Notes: a model not told the origin generated them from the sequence alone. 64,000 bases of DNA from Andalucia godoyi And28 (GCA_009859145.1 VRVR01000022.1:62001-126000); one strand, 5' to 3'. Counted from the stretch's first letter, positions 1-11,672 are shown. Made by a program: numbers and translations.

Positions 1-126
1 CATTTGGTTACAGTTTTACAAAACACACGCCCACTGCAGACGCACCACAGGCAGACAAGTACGAACACACACACTCTCTCTCTCCCCTCACACACACACA
101 CACACACACATGCGTCAATGTTGTTC

Positions 127-1482
127 TTAAACGACGCCAGAAAGATTCGTTGGTCTCGTCAATGGTGGAGCAAGACCGAGACGTGTATAGTATCCGGAAC
201 GGATTTGTCTAACAGATCGATTTTCAAGAAGGACAGTCTTGTGGACTCGGAGCGGCCTGACCATTTCAGCACCAGCAGGGCCGAGACCGGGCATGACAGC
301 GGTTCCCTTGTCACCACCTTCATCGTCACCTCCGCGGACGGATCGGTAGAGACCAAGACCAATGAGAATGACAATAAGACCTGCAATATCTGTGATTCGC
401 AGTTGTGTCGCATGCTCGCCCATGATGAATTTGAAGGTAAAGCAGATGTTTGCCAGCGGGATAACCACGGCAGATGCAACAAACATGAGCGTTGCAGAAC
501 CGAACTTGAGAATCATAACGAGCAGGATGTTGTAGGCAATGTTAAAGACCATGTAGATGGTGACGAACGGACCGGCCTTCGGGCAGTCATCCACGACGCA
601 ATCAGAGCCCTCTCCGTCGCACGACTTGATCGAGTTTTGGCCTGTGAAGTAGCACTTTGCACCATTTGCAAAGTTCTCGGGAATCTGTGATATTGCAATT
701 CCCTGCACAGGAGCACACGGAACCGCAAACAACAGCTGCACCAAGACCTGGAACACAGCGACCCATGCATTCAGATAGTAGGCATCCATTGGCTGATCCT
801 TGAACGCTAGCTCCTTGTAGATTGACGAGAGTGCGGTTGGAACGGTTGCCAAGAAGAACAAGCACGTCCACAGAGCATCTCCGCCGCCACCACCACCCGT
901 CAGAATAGGCGGCAGCAACGTCACGAGGATACCTCCAAAGATGATCACGGAGCCCAGATACTGTCTCCAATGGTAGCGCATCTTGAGCAAGAAGAACGAG
1001 AAGATCATCGTGACTGGAATCGCGCCCTGAGACAGCAACACCGTCATTGGACCCGGAATGTGCGCAGATCCGAAAACAACCAAAACTCCAGCTACCGCAT
1101 CCAGCGCGCCCATAACCGCAAACTTACGCTTCGGGTACTTGATCATATCATCCGTGATGTGATCCGTGAACTTCAGCTTGTACCAAACAGCCCCGAAAAA
1201 CAGCGGAAGATAGATTACAGAGGTCAGCACAGACAGGAAATACAGATAATTCGCCATTGGATACGTCATCAGCTTCAACGCCACCTTGTTTCCCGTACCT
1301 GCTATAATCACTCCAATAAGAAGAGACGCCAGGAACAGCCGAGATGCCTTTGCCGTCGTCCCGCTGGACCCCGCATCGCCGCTTCCGGCTCCTGCTCCTG
1401 CGGTGGACGCTGCTGCATCCGCCGACGAGTCCTGGCCATCGCTACGAGTAATCAGCGGCGTTGACTCTTTTCCCTTCCCCAT
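127..1482 (-). CDS. CRT-like (chloroquine resistance transporter-like, DMT superfamily) multi-pass transporter
   Basis: 451-aa ORF with ~10 hydrophobic segments. Motifs YPKRKFAVMGALDA, LLSQGAIPVTMIFS, ALSSIYKELAF, FANGAKCYFTGQNS and a Cys-containing loop match the CRT/CLT family as recalled. Confidence 0.85.
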   Translation of the reverse strand: MGKGKESTPLITRSDGQDSSADAAASTAGAGAGSGDAGSSGTTAKASRLFLASLLIGVIIAGTGNKVALKLMTYPMANYLYFLSVLTSVIYLPLFFGAVWYKLKFTDHITDDMIKYPKRKFAVMGALDAVAGVLVVFGSAHIPGPMTVLLSQGAIPVTMIFSFFLLKMRYHWRQYLGSVIIFGGILVTLLPPILTGGGGGGDALWTCLFFLATVPTALSSIYKELAFKDQPMDAYYLNAWVAVFQVLVQLLFAVPCAPVQGIAISQIPENFANGAKCYFTGQNSIKSCDGEGSDCVVDDCPKAGPFVTIYMVFNIAYNILLVMILKFGSATLMFVASAVVIPLANICFTFKFIMGEHATQLRITDIAGLIVILIGLGLYRSVRGGDDEGGDKGTAVMPGLGPAGAEMVRPLRVHKTVLLENRSVRQIRSGYYTRLGLAPPLTRPTNLSGVV

Positions 1483-1530
1483 CTTGCACCCAACAATCTA
1501 GTAAAAGAAACAAAAACAAAAGCAGAAAAA

Positions 1531-1546
1531 CAAAACAAAACAAAAC

Positions 1547-1575
<29 letters not shown>
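1531..1575. repeat. (CAAAA)n microsatellite upstream of the CRT-like gene
   Basis: Direct read of tandem caaaa units; T-rich on the sense strand of the downstream gene. Confidence 0.95.
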
Positions 1576-1578
<3 letters not shown>

Positions 1579-1830
1579 TGATTTTAAATAATAAAAAAAT
1601 ATTAATACTAACCTTACATAATCCTCGTAATCGTAATAATAAAAAGAAAAGAGTAAGGGTCTGAAAATGCGCTAGGAGACAATAGACTATGCAAAGCGTT
1701 TGAGCTTCGACACAGAAGCTCAGAGCGGAATTTTGAGGGGTTTTCTGTTCCCTTTCGCTGAGCTTATGGCAGGGGGGTTGGGATTACAGCAGGCGAGGAA
1801 GGAGTGAGGGGGGAAGGTTGGGAAGACCTT

Positions 1831-3447
1831 TTAGAATTCGTTGGAATGGGTTATCTGCAGTTCAAACGATGCTCGGAGTTGAGAGTAGATGGGGCGAAAC
1901 GATGGATCTGGGTCGGCGATCTTGACGAACAGTTCTGAGTCAAAGGACTGGACGAGCTCTGCCAGGGAGGTGCTTGGCGGCGATCGGGATTCTGCAAAGT
2001 GAACACCATGCCATGCTCGAACGGCAGCTCCGAGAGCGGCGAGGTTGGGGTTGCGATTTGCAAGACTGAAAACAGAAAGCTGAAATATATTTGCTGCAAT
2101 TTGGGCAATTTCTGTGCTCTGGGAAGCGCCACCGGCAAAGACAATCTTTGTGCCGGAGTGTTCGCGATCATGAGGATCCGACATGCCCATTGCGATGGAC
2201 CGCACAAGCATGGACACGAGTCGAGTTTCGATCACGGCCCGCAACTTTTCGCCGCAGGACAGTTCAGATACATGCTCCACTGGAATACCATCCTTCACAG
2301 CCACGATTGCCTCCAAGGGTCCCTGTACTGCGCAGTGCGGGGTGATTTCTGGAACCACATAGTGCACTGCAAGGTACTTCCCCGCGGATGCTGCAGACAA
2401 TCTCAAGAATGAATCGGTCTGCAGGGGGTCAGGTACAATCGAACGACGCGAAAGATCGCCGTTTGCGAAGCATAGCAGCGGGAAATACAAGAGTTGCGAT
2501 TCAGTAAACGGAGACGAAAACACATGGCCAAACGACTCTTGGGGTCGATAAGCACCAGTGAAGAAGGCGATTGTATCGGAAGTGCCCATTGACAAGGAGA
2601 TACCAGATGGATTGAAAAGCCCAGAGGAGAAATTGTCACCAGTGCCGACAACCACTCCAGGGCTCTGTTGATCCTCTGGCAATTTCAGCAGCTTACAGAA
2701 GCACGGACTTAGAACACCCGCGAGCTGGGAGCCGTCTGCACAAGACGGAAGCAAGCTTGCGAGCTGTGGAGAGATCTTATCCAGCAGAGGTCGGAACCAG
2801 TAGCGGTGCTGAACATCGAACAGGTTTGTTCCCGATGCATCGCCAAAGTCGATTGGAGCATACGAGCCTGTCAACACGGAGCATACAAAAGAAGAGACCA
2901 AATCAATGTGAACCAAATCCCGCACAGCATCCTTGCTCTGAGCTCGCAGAAACTTCACGATTTGACTTGCGGAAAACCGTTCGTGGGCTGTCGACCCGGT
3001 GATGACCGCAAGTTCGGACGCCCCACCGACCATTGACTCGAGCTCTTCACACTCTTTCCACGTTGAAGAGTCCATCCAGACTGGCGAGGAATAGGGAAGC
3101 AGCTGTGCGAAATCCTCCAGAGTCGTCGCAGCGGGGGTCAGCCGTTTGGCCCAGTACACCGTTCCGTGCATCTGTGCCGACACCGAAACTGCGCCTAGTT
3201 GCATGTCTTTACATGATTCACCTATTCTGCGGAACAGCTCAAACAATGCAGAAATCCACAGAAGAGGTGAAGAATGGACAACACGCTTGTCCGCACTCAG
3301 GAACTGCACCCCGCACGCCAGCCCAAAGGACGCAAACAACGGATCGTCAAACGAGATGCTTTCGACCGCCGTGATTCGTCGATGCAGAGTGTCAAACACG
3401 CATCCTTTGATGGACTGCGTCGAAAGGTCGATTCCCAGCGTCTTCAT
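1831..3447 (-). CDS. XYLB: Xylulose kinase (FGGY carbohydrate kinase)
   Basis: N-terminal LGIDLSTQSIK, SVSAQMHGTVYW, VWMDSST, ITGSTAHERFSASQI, GTGDN, ISLSMGTSDT, GGASQS: eukaryotic xylulokinase signature. Confidence 0.93.
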   Translation of the reverse strand: MKTLGIDLSTQSIKGCVFDTLHRRITAVESISFDDPLFASFGLACGVQFLSADKRVVHSSPLLWISALFELFRRIGESCKDMQLGAVSVSAQMHGTVYWAKRLTPAATTLEDFAQLLPYSSPVWMDSSTWKECEELESMVGGASELAVITGSTAHERFSASQIVKFLRAQSKDAVRDLVHIDLVSSFVCSVLTGSYAPIDFGDASGTNLFDVQHRYWFRPLLDKISPQLASLLPSCADGSQLAGVLSPCFCKLLKLPEDQQSPGVVVGTGDNFSSGLFNPSGISLSMGTSDTIAFFTGAYRPQESFGHVFSSPFTESQLLYFPLLCFANGDLSRRSIVPDPLQTDSFLRLSAASAGKYLAVHYVVPEITPHCAVQGPLEAIVAVKDGIPVEHVSELSCGEKLRAVIETRLVSMLVRSIAMGMSDPHDREHSGTKIVFAGGASQSTEIAQIAANIFQLSVFSLANRNPNLAALGAAVRAWHGVHFAESRSPPSTSLAELVQSFDSELFVKIADPDPSFRPIYSQLRASFELQITHSNEF

Positions 3448-3894
3448 AGTTCATACGCGCTCTCCTGTTCCTGCTTCCTGCAGCTCTCGCGTCGCTCTCG
3501 ATCGATGAAATGTGATGGAGACAAGAAGACTGTAGTCGTGGTCCGTTGAGTCCCCCGTTTTCCCCCTCGTCGCAAGATCCGCAAAAAACGGAAGTCGACA
3601 AGTGGCATTTCGCCCAAGAACGACCGACTGTACTGCGAAAGTAGCTCAGCTGGGAGTAGCGTTCGACTGAAGATCGAAAGGTCGCGTGTTCAATCCACGC
3701 CTTTCGCAAATGTTTTTTGTTTTTCGTTTTATATTATCATCATCTTCCCCGACCGTCTTTATTCATGGGATCCATCCTTTTTCATTTGTTTTCTTTTTCT
3801 TTTTCTTTTTCTTCCGGGTTCCTCAAGACAAGGCGTCATTCTGGCTTGGGTTTTCACAAGAAAGAGGGGTTTGGTGGGGGGAGAAGAAAGTTTG

Positions 3895-6615
3895 ATGGAT
3901 CTGGAAAAGGTTGGTTCGGGCGATGTGTCTTCCTCGGAGAAGAAGGCCGAGTCGGCGTCTGTAAACCGAGCTGAACATCCTTCGTCGATGGACTCTCATT
4001 CGTCTTCTCCATCTTCTGTGTCCCACTCGGATTCGGAATCAGACAATGGAAACGACGTGTCGCGCAAATCGTCTCGTTCCAGGCACGGGATTCAAAAGGG
4101 ACCGTCGGATTCTGAGCCGCGGTCGAGCAGAAAAGGAAGGAAACGCGCGGCGAATTCGCCTTCTGAGAACGAACCATCTCCGAAGCGAGAGAGAATCGCG
4201 TTCATGTCGGAGCGACAGCAAATCCGGTTCTTGCTGGAAAGTACAATGAAGGAGGAAGAGTCGTTGTTGCCGGCTGCTGCCCTCAGCACGAACTTGTCGT
4301 CGTCAGCTGCAGGGAGCAATGCTGTTTCTGGAGTTAATGCGGATGCAAGTGCGAGTGTGAGTGTGAGTGGTAACAGTGTTAGTGCTGGTGCAGGTGCTGC
4401 TGGCGTATCACTGAGGGAGAGTGCTGAGTGCCCATTGCAGACGCATTGGGGAGTCTCGCTGACCAGCTTGCTTGCTCCACCGTCAGAAGAAAAGGAAGTT
4501 CCGTACCCGTCTGATATTACAGGATGGGTGGAGAGGCGCAGGCAGTTGTGGAAGCGGTCTGCCAATGATCCCGAGTCTTACTATTTCATGTACCCACATC
4601 CGGGGGACAAGATCAAGCGCGGGCCTCTGAACGACAAGGAAAGAGATACCATGAAGAACACTGTGCAGCTGTGGGAGGATTGGTCTGGAAAGTCCTGCGA
4701 AGGCGTGTGGGGTATCCTCAGTACGACAATGGTGAGCCGCACGGGAATGCAGTGGAAGAGCTACTTTGACAGTCTTGCGCTCGAAGCCTCGATTGCTGCC
4801 AACTCGACATCACCATCTGCCTCCAGCGTCGTGGTGCCGACGACAAAGAAAGGCAAGGAAAGAGATTCGAATATCCATAATCCAGCGACACCAACAAGCA
4901 CGGGACAGATGTCCTCGTTTGTGTCGTCGTCGTCGTCCAACGGTGGTGCGTCCGATAGCGAGATGAAGGGTCCAGAAATTGCGAGAAGATCTAGTTCTGC
5001 AAGCAACAAGAGCCGGCGAGACGATGATTCTACCCCGGTTTCGTCTTCTCCGTCAACATCCAAAGCACAAGACAGGCAAAAACTCAAGTTGGAGGATCCA
5101 AAGTCCACCGCCGCGCCCTCACCCTCCTCCGCAACGGCAAACGCAGTTTCGTTTTCATCAAAACCCAGTGCGTCCGCTCCAATGGACATCGATGACGAAA
5201 TATCCCATCATGAAGAAGCTCCGAAAACAGGTCGCTCGGCCTCCGCGTCATCCAGCTCGGAGAAACGCGCATCCGTCGAGTCTTCTTCTGTAAAATCGGA
5301 AGGACAATCCGATTTGGAAAGAATCCTCATGGCGCAGGAGACGCTGATGGTGGAAGTGATGGAATCCACGAAGCGGCACTCCCCGGCTGCCGAATCCGTT
5401 GCCAAGTCTGCTTCGAATAGCAATACCGCAATCAGCAAGGATCCTGCGGCGTCATCCAACGGACCAGTTCCAGTTCCAGTTTCAGCTCCGGCTCCAGCTC
5501 CAGCTCCGGCTCCGGCTCCGGTTGCGACTCCTGTTCTCCAAAAGTCAACGTCGGCAAATGATGTGAAGGCTGCAGAAGAGAAGAAAGAGAAGCGAAAGAA
5601 GATGCAAAGAGAGAGCAGGACTCTTTTGGAGAAGGCAAAGAACGATCGTGAAGTCCAAAATGTACGCGAAAATCAGGAACGCGAGAGAGAAAGAAGGCGC
5701 GAGTGGCCGTATGCTTCGAAGCGGACGACTCCTCTGCGGGACTCGCAATACTGCTGTGTGCAGATGACCGGGCATTATGACGGTATCATATCCGTGAAGA
5801 TTGCAGTCACGTCAGTTTCGGAGCCCAAGTCTGGAGCGGATATCGCGCTTTTTGACAACAAGGAATTTTCGTACGGATTCCACCTCGCTGTGAACGAGGA
5901 CGATTCGTCTTCGGACAGCGACGGCGAGAAGCCTTCAAAGCCTGTTGCGCTCGAGAACGCTGTGTTTTACGAATTCTGCAACGAGGACGTTGCGGCTTAT
6001 GATACTGCCAAATGCGAGCAACAAATTGCAGAGATTGATCGCCTTGTGGCTGTGCTTATGGAGCCCCTGAAGAAGCTGCGCTCCGGCGGGACTCCTCAAG
6101 ACGAAGATAGGCAAGCCCGACTCAGGGTCCTTTCGAGTCGCAAGTCCCTGCTTCTCGAGAGAAGAGACCGGATCTGGCTGGATGCAGGAGCACCCGAAGA
6201 AGAGTTGATCGAATGGAAACCAAAATTCAGGTTTGCGAGCATTACAGAATCTCTCCAGCTCATCAAAGCAAAGGTCGATGTGCCCTATGCGACGTCGGGC
6301 ACCACACACCCCATTGACCCCCCTGTTTCCATACAGGAGCGTTCGTATACTCTCAACGCAAAATACCGATTCGGCGCAACTCCATTCCACAAGGCCTGCT
6401 TGGAAATCGAGCACCAGGAATACCTGCTGCAGGATGTTGCGAACATCAGTGCGGCCAAGAAGCGCGACGAAGATGAATTGTTGCGAAACGTCGATCTCGA
6501 AAGACACGATCTCAGAAGACGATTGAGGGTCGAGTCCGAAACCAGAGATTTGCTGAGATCCTGGGACGCACAAGGGCGCCCTGTCTTTGACTGGGCACAG
6601 ATCATCAGCAAGTAA
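3895..6615 (+). CDS. Large low-complexity nuclear protein with a Myb/SANT-like module
   Basis: Long uninterrupted ORF; first ATG at 3895. Ser/Pro/Ala-rich. Segment WVERRRQLWKRSANDPESYYF...RGPLNDKER...WGILSTTMVSRTGMQWKSYF (~4525-4775) resembles a protist/fungal Myb-like domain. Confidence 0.65.
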   Translation: MDLEKVGSGDVSSSEKKAESASVNRAEHPSSMDSHSSSPSSVSHSDSESDNGNDVSRKSSRSRHGIQKGPSDSEPRSSRKGRKRAANSPSENEPSPKRERIAFMSERQQIRFLLESTMKEEESLLPAAALSTNLSSSAAGSNAVSGVNADASASVSVSGNSVSAGAGAAGVSLRESAECPLQTHWGVSLTSLLAPPSEEKEVPYPSDITGWVERRRQLWKRSANDPESYYFMYPHPGDKIKRGPLNDKERDTMKNTVQLWEDWSGKSCEGVWGILSTTMVSRTGMQWKSYFDSLALEASIAANSTSPSASSVVVPTTKKGKERDSNIHNPATPTSTGQMSSFVSSSSSNGGASDSEMKGPEIARRSSSASNKSRRDDDSTPVSSSPSTSKAQDRQKLKLEDPKSTAAPSPSSATANAVSFSSKPSASAPMDIDDEISHHEEAPKTGRSASASSSSEKRASVESSSVKSEGQSDLERILMAQETLMVEVMESTKRHSPAAESVAKSASNSNTAISKDPAASSNGPVPVPVSAPAPAPAPAPAPVATPVLQKSTSANDVKAAEEKKEKRKKMQRESRTLLEKAKNDREVQNVRENQERERERRREWPYASKRTTPLRDSQYCCVQMTGHYDGIISVKIAVTSVSEPKSGADIALFDNKEFSYGFHLAVNEDDSSSDSDGEKPSKPVALENAVFYEFCNEDVAAYDTAKCEQQIAEIDRLVAVLMEPLKKLRSGGTPQDEDRQARLRVLSSRKSLLLERRDRIWLDAGAPEEELIEWKPKFRFASITESLQLIKAKVDVPYATSGTTHPIDPPVSIQERSYTLNAKYRFGATPFHKACLEIEHQEYLLQDVANISAAKKRDEDELLRNVDLERHDLRRRLRVESETRDLLRSWDAQGRPVFDWAQIISK

Positions 6616-7267
6616 ATCCACAAGCACACAAGCACTGCCCGCTGCCGCATAGCTCAACCCATTCGTGGACTTCGCCCCTCCCCAAACCCAACATCAGGAT
6701 CTCCTATGCAGTTGACCATTTTGTGCATCGACGTTGAGCATCAAACAATATCATACCAGACGTTTGTTTGTCTGAACCCAAAAACATCTCATGCCTCCAA
6801 AGAGGGATCTTCCCAACAAACTCAAACCGGCCATTCCCGGAGATACCGAGAACCAAGAAACTCGTGGTTGCGATGACCCTCTGATGCAGAGCAATCTGCA
6901 TTTGAAAGCATTAGTACTCGCCCCCAATTAAAGAAGCAAAACAAAACATGTGGCTTGGATCCGTCTTCGGTGACAGCCCAGTCCGATGATCTGCTGTATT
7001 TTCATGTCTTTGGCGAGCGAGCAGTGAAAACACGGAGACGTCTCATGCACACCTGCTGTAAGATCTCTCAGCACCTTTGGGTATTTCGCTCTTGGTTTTC
7101 AGAGAGCCAAAACACCTTTTCTTCAGCTTTATTTTTCAATGGTTTTTTGGTTTTTTGGTTTTTTGGTTTTTCTGAAAATCCCATTTTCTTCTCGTACTTT
7201 TCTTCTTCTTCTTTTAGATACATACATTGTTTGAATTAGCAAGTCATAGCGGAGCTTAACGAAAACC

Positions 7268-9316
7268 ATGACGAAGAAACGGTCGAATCCCTCTGAGCCG
7301 ACAGATGAGGCAATTGAGCCCAGTTCTGAGCATCGGCCTTCTAAAAAGGCAAAAGTAGCTGCTGCTTCGGCGGGTACTGCGGAGAAGCAGCCTGCATTGC
7401 GAAACTATGTCGAACCGGATGCGGCGGATGTGGACACTGCGTCAAAGCCGAGGAAAGTTGGAGTGAAGAAGTCGAGAAATTCCAAGCAGGATATTCAGAT
7501 CGAGACGTACAACGCAGAGACTGCAGAAGAGGAATTCGCGACCAAGAAGCCGTCTTCTGCGAAGCAAGTGCACAGACAACAACACAAGGCCGATGAAGAC
7601 CAAGCGAAAGTGGTGGTGGAGGAGGAGAACAAAAAGAAGAACGAAAACGAGAAGGGGGTCGGTGCTGTGGAATCGACAAAGCTGAGTACCGGAACAGGCA
7701 AACTTGCAGAATCGATCTTTTCAAACAAGTCGTTCACAGAGCTGGATCTTTCACCTGAGACGCTTCGTGCGATCAGGGACATGAATTTCACGACGATGAC
7801 GGAGATCCAGGCTCGGTCGATTCCTGCTCTGATGGCTGGTCGCGATGTTCTTGGTCAGGCAAAGACGGGTTCTGGAAAGACGCTGGCGTTTTTGATTCCG
7901 ATTGTCGAATTGCTGCGGAAGGCTCGGTTCATGCCGAGAAACGGCACGGGGACCATCATCATTGCACCGACCCGCGAGCTCGCCCTCCAGATTTACAATG
8001 TTGTGAGAGAAGTTTGCAAGTATCATTCACAGACTCACGGAATTGTTATGGGAGGCGCGAATCGATCGAATGAGGCAGACAAGCTGACGAAAGGAGTCAA
8101 TATTTTGGTTGCGACTCCGGGACGCTTGTTGGATCATTTGAAGAACACGAAGGGATTTGTGTTTAAAAACCTGCTTGCACTTGTCATTGATGAAGCAGAC
8201 CGTATCTTGGAAGTGGGTTTCGAGGAGGAAATGCATGAGATTATGCGAATTCTTCCTCCGCACCAAAAGAATTTGTCGTATGCAGGAAAGAACGAGGCTC
8301 TCAAGTCCAATGAATATGACAATGCGAACGAAGACGACTCGGACAAGAAGAAGAACAGTATGGGGAGCGAGTTCCGTCAAACTGTCTTGTTTTCTGCGAC
8401 CCAAACGACCAAGGTCGAGGATCTAGCGCGTGTCTCCTTCGCTGGAACAAAGCCGCCATTGTATATTTCTGTGGACGAGGACAAGTCCACGTCGACGGCA
8501 GCCAATCTTGAACAAGGATATGTTGTGTGTTCCGCGGACAAGCGATTTTTGCTGTTGTACACCTTCTTGAAGAAGAATGCAAAGGGAAAGAAGATCATTG
8601 TGTTCTTGTCATCCTGCAATTCTGTGAAGTTCCATGCTGAACTGCTGAACTACATTGACTTGCCCGTCGTTGATCTCCATGGAAAGCAAAAGCAAAGCAA
8701 GCGCACCAAGACCTTTTTCGAGTTTTGCAATGCAGAATCCGGCATTTTGCTGTGCACGGACGTCGCAGCTCGAGGTCTCGACATCCCAGAGGTCGACTGG
8801 ATTGTCCAGTATGATCCTCCAGATGATCCAAAGGAGTACATCCACCGTGTCGGAAGAACCGCTCGTGCCGGCGGCCGCGGACGTGCCCTTCTCTTCTTGC
8901 TTCCGGAAGAGCTCGGGTTCCTGAAGTACCTCAAGGAGGCAAAGGTTCCGCTGAACGAGTATGAGTTTCCGGAAAACAAGATTGCGAATGTGCAGGCTCA
9001 GCTCGAAAAGCTCGTGGAAAAGAACTACTACCTCCACCAATCTGCGAAGGATGCGTACCGATCCTATCTTCAATCGTATGCATCGCACTCGCACAAGGAG
9101 ATCTTCAACGTGCACGCTCTCGATCTTCAAAAGATTGCACATGGTTTTGGATTTTCCGTTCCTCCGCGTGTTGACTTGAAAATTGCAGACTCTGGAAAGG
9201 GAAAGGCCATCCGGAAGCGTGGAGGCGGAGGCGGATTTGGTGCTTCTGACTGGGGAAAGAAGCACTTTTCGAAACACGCAGGTGGCCCCTCGTCGTCGGA
9301 CAGAAGGTCGCGATAA
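7268..9316 (+). CDS. DDX18: DEAD-box RNA helicase DDX18/Has1 (ribosome biogenesis)
   Basis: Q motif, [31 protein letters not shown] and Has1-type C-terminus ([16 protein letters not shown]). Confidence 0.97.
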   Translation: MTKKRSNPSEPTDEAIEPSSEHRPSKKAKVAAASAGTAEKQPALRNYVEPDAADVDTASKPRKVGVKKSRNSKQDIQIETYNAETAEEEFATKKPSSAKQVHRQQHKADEDQAKVVVEEENKKKNENEKGVGAVESTKLSTGTGKLAESIFSNKSFTELDLSPETLRAIRDMNFTTMTEIQARSIPALMAGRDVLGQAKTGSGKTLAFLIPIVELLRKARFMPRNGTGTIIIAPTRELALQIYNVVREVCKYHSQTHGIVMGGANRSNEADKLTKGVNILVATPGRLLDHLKNTKGFVFKNLLALVIDEADRILEVGFEEEMHEIMRILPPHQKNLSYAGKNEALKSNEYDNANEDDSDKKKNSMGSEFRQTVLFSATQTTKVEDLARVSFAGTKPPLYISVDEDKSTSTAANLEQGYVVCSADKRFLLLYTFLKKNAKGKKIIVFLSSCNSVKFHAELLNYIDLPVVDLHGKQKQSKRTKTFFEFCNAESGILLCTDVAARGLDIPEVDWIVQYDPPDDPKEYIHRVGRTARAGGRGRALLFLLPEELGFLKYLKEAKVPLNEYEFPENKIANVQAQLEKLVEKNYYLHQSAKDAYRSYLQSYASHSHKEIFNVHALDLQKIAHGFGFSVPPRVDLKIADSGKGKAIRKRGGGGGFGASDWGKKHFSKHAGGPSSSDRRSR

Positions 9317-9623
9317 ATTTTTTTTTATTTAAAAAGTAGAATTTCTGCGGGTGCTTACTCTTGCGTCACGTACTGGGATAAAATACACTGTGTCTGGATC
9401 AGTTGTGGGAGAGGTGGGGGTCGTCTTGTGAACAGCATGCGTCGTGAGCAGCAAGAGAGGACGGAGATGCAAGAGAACCAGGCCTCCATCCGCTGTATAA
9501 ATACATTAAAAAAACCACCACAAACAAAAATTGCACGATACAACATGCATGAGAGGCACGTAATGAGGCCTTGATTATGAAAGTCATTAACCTAATACAA
9601 GGCAGGAGAACTCTCCCCCGAAA

Positions 9624-9660
9624 AAAAAACCCTAGCCACGGAACCTCACTAGGGTTTTTT
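9624..9660. promoter_or_regulatory. Inverted pair of telo-box-like motifs (AAAAAACCCTAG-N13-CTAGGGTTTTTT) upstream of RPS6
   Basis: Perfect 12-bp inverted repeat; each arm contains AAACCCTA; ~480 bp upstream of the RPS6 ATG. The regulatory role is inferred. Confidence 0.45.
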
Positions 9661-10142
9661 GCACGTCCCGTTCATTCCTCATTTGCCATATGATTTTGAA
9701 TTTTTCTGCGCAGAAAAGTTATTCGATTCTTATTTTGTTTTTCTTGTGTGTTTTGTTTGCTTGTGTTGGCGTAGAAAAGGTTTGTATTCTATTATTATCC
9801 TTCTTTTCATTCTGCTGGTCTCGGGATTCGTCGTGCTGCACAGCTTGTTGAAATTCGCGTTTTCTTTTCCAATTCGCTCGATAGTCTTGTGTTTGTCATC
9901 ATTCTTCTGTCGTCGGAATTGGTCAAGGCGAGATTTTTTTCAACAGTAGTGGTTGTTGTCGTTGCTGTCATTTCGTCTTTGATACACTCTGTCTGCAGCA
10001 GTCGCTCTATCCGTGCATCCCCTTCTTCTTTTTTTCCCCCTGCCGTTTTCCGAGAACTGTCGACTAATCTTGTTTATTGAACCCGCAACCTTTGTGTTCG
10101 TGTTTTTCTGCATTTATCTTTCCGACTCGCTTTTTAGAAACA

Positions 10143-10805
10143 ATGAAGCTCAACTTTGCGTACCCTGCCACCGGAGCACAGAAGACCATCGAGGTCGATG
10201 ATGACAAGAAGTTGTCTCATGTGTACGACAAGCGCATTGCCCAGGAAGTGGTTCTTGACTTTTTGGGAGGTGAGTTCACCGGCTATGTTGCCAAGATTAC
10301 CGGAGGACATGATAAGCAAGGTTTTGCCATGCGCCAGGGAGTTCTCGCCGCATCGCGTGTGAGCCTTTTGCTTCCCATTGGTCTTGGAAACCGCCGTGGT
10401 CGCAAGGGTGAGCGTGCCCGCAAGGCCGTTCGTGGATGCATTGTTGCCCACGATGTTGCCGTGCTGCACCTCGTTATTGTCAAGAAGGGACCTTCTGAAA
10501 TCTCCGGATTGACTGACCGCGTTGTTCCCCGCCGCCTTGGACCCAAGCGTGCGTCGAACATCCGCAAGCTCTTCTTGCTGAGCAAGGGAGACGATGTCCG
10601 CAAGTACGTTGTCAAGCGCACGATCAACAAGGACGGAAAGACCCGCCCCAAGATCAAGGCCCCGAAGATCCAGCGTCTGGTTACCCCCCAGAGACTTCAG
10701 CACAAGCGCCAGATCATTGCAGCCAAGAAGCAGCGCCACGTCCGTGCCGCTGAATCCGCAAAGGCATACGCTGATATGCTCTCCAACCGCAAGGTCCAAG
10801 CGTAA
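10143..10805 (+). CDS. RPS6: 40S ribosomal protein S6 (eS6), 220 aa
   Basis: [73 protein letters not shown]; ATG at 10143. Confidence 0.98.
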   Translation: MKLNFAYPATGAQKTIEVDDDKKLSHVYDKRIAQEVVLDFLGGEFTGYVAKITGGHDKQGFAMRQGVLAASRVSLLLPIGLGNRRGRKGERARKAVRGCIVAHDVAVLHLVIVKKGPSEISGLTDRVVPRRLGPKRASNIRKLFLLSKGDDVRKYVVKRTINKDGKTRPKIKAPKIQRLVTPQRLQHKRQIIAAKKQRHVRAAESAKAYADMLSNRKVQA

Positions 10806-11105
10806 AGAAGAAGAAATTTGTTTCTACAATTAGAAGCTGTTGTGTTGTCGTGTCCTTTATTTTTTTCATTAATTATAGTGTGCTTCGGGTTTGGATATTT
10901 TTGCCTGGATTCTCGAAGACGGAAGATCGTACATTTGCTTTTCTTTTATTTATTGTATTTGTATTTGTATTTGTATTTGTATTTTTTCCACCGAACAGTT
11001 TTTAGCTTGGTTCTTTGGTTCTCGGAATGGATTGTGTTCTCGCAAAGATTTTCAGGGTTTTTGCGTTCTGCTAAGTGTTGGCATTGTTCTCATACGAATG
11101 GGAAG

Positions 11106-11555
11106 ATGCGCAGCCCTTCCCCGCTTTCACGGCAACTCGCCATCACGCTGAATCCGCTGGAACCCGAGTCGTCTGCATCTCGCGCGACGCCGATAGGAAG
11201 TGCCGTGTCCCTGGACGGATTGCAGGAATCTGCAAATCAGCCACTCAGTGTGCTGGATGCCATTAAACGGGAGTTTCCGGATCTGTACGAGCTTCATGCA
11301 GAGCGTATTGGGTTTTCACTGCTTGCCATCACCGACTGGCATCTGAATCCGCCAGCAGACGTGACCATCCGTGCGTCAAAGGGCCTTCTCACTCATGTCA
11401 GCCGAGTGCTCTTTCGCAACCCGTGGGTTTCCGTGCTAGATTACGCAAACACCGTATGCAAGATCACTTCGCAGTATCTTACGCGAGTATACAGCTCACC
11501 TCTTGCGGATGAATCACCTCATCGATTAACGCCAGACCCCCCATCGCCGCTTTGA
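11106..11555 (+). CDS. Hypothetical protein, 149 aa
   Basis: ATG at 11106 after a T-rich leader. Globular-looking composition; no family recognised. Confidence 0.55.
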   Translation: MRSPSPLSRQLAITLNPLEPESSASRATPIGSAVSLDGLQESANQPLSVLDAIKREFPDLYELHAERIGFSLLAITDWHLNPPADVTIRASKGLLTHVSRVLFRNPWVSVLDYANTVCKITSQYLTRVYSSPLADESPHRLTPDPPSPL

Positions 11556-11672
11556 TCCCTCATGAACCGGGTCCGAGACCGCGATCGAAACTGCGATCGA
11601 GAAGACGCGATTAAGGACAAAAAAGTGTGGTAACAGCAGTCAATCAAGAAAGAGCCTCTCTCATATATGTAA

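Noticed and set aside
6800-6925. Minus-strand TACTAAT...CAG acceptor followed by the frame CSASEGHRNHEFLGSRYLREWPV
   Set aside because: No canonical donor or upstream exon could be found; cannot be supported without RNA data.
10134-10799. 221-aa antisense ORF over RPS6 (and similar antisense ORFs over DDX18, SF3B1, PSMC1 and the SNF2 gene)
   Set aside because: Shadow frames of codon-biased real genes; no independent motifs.
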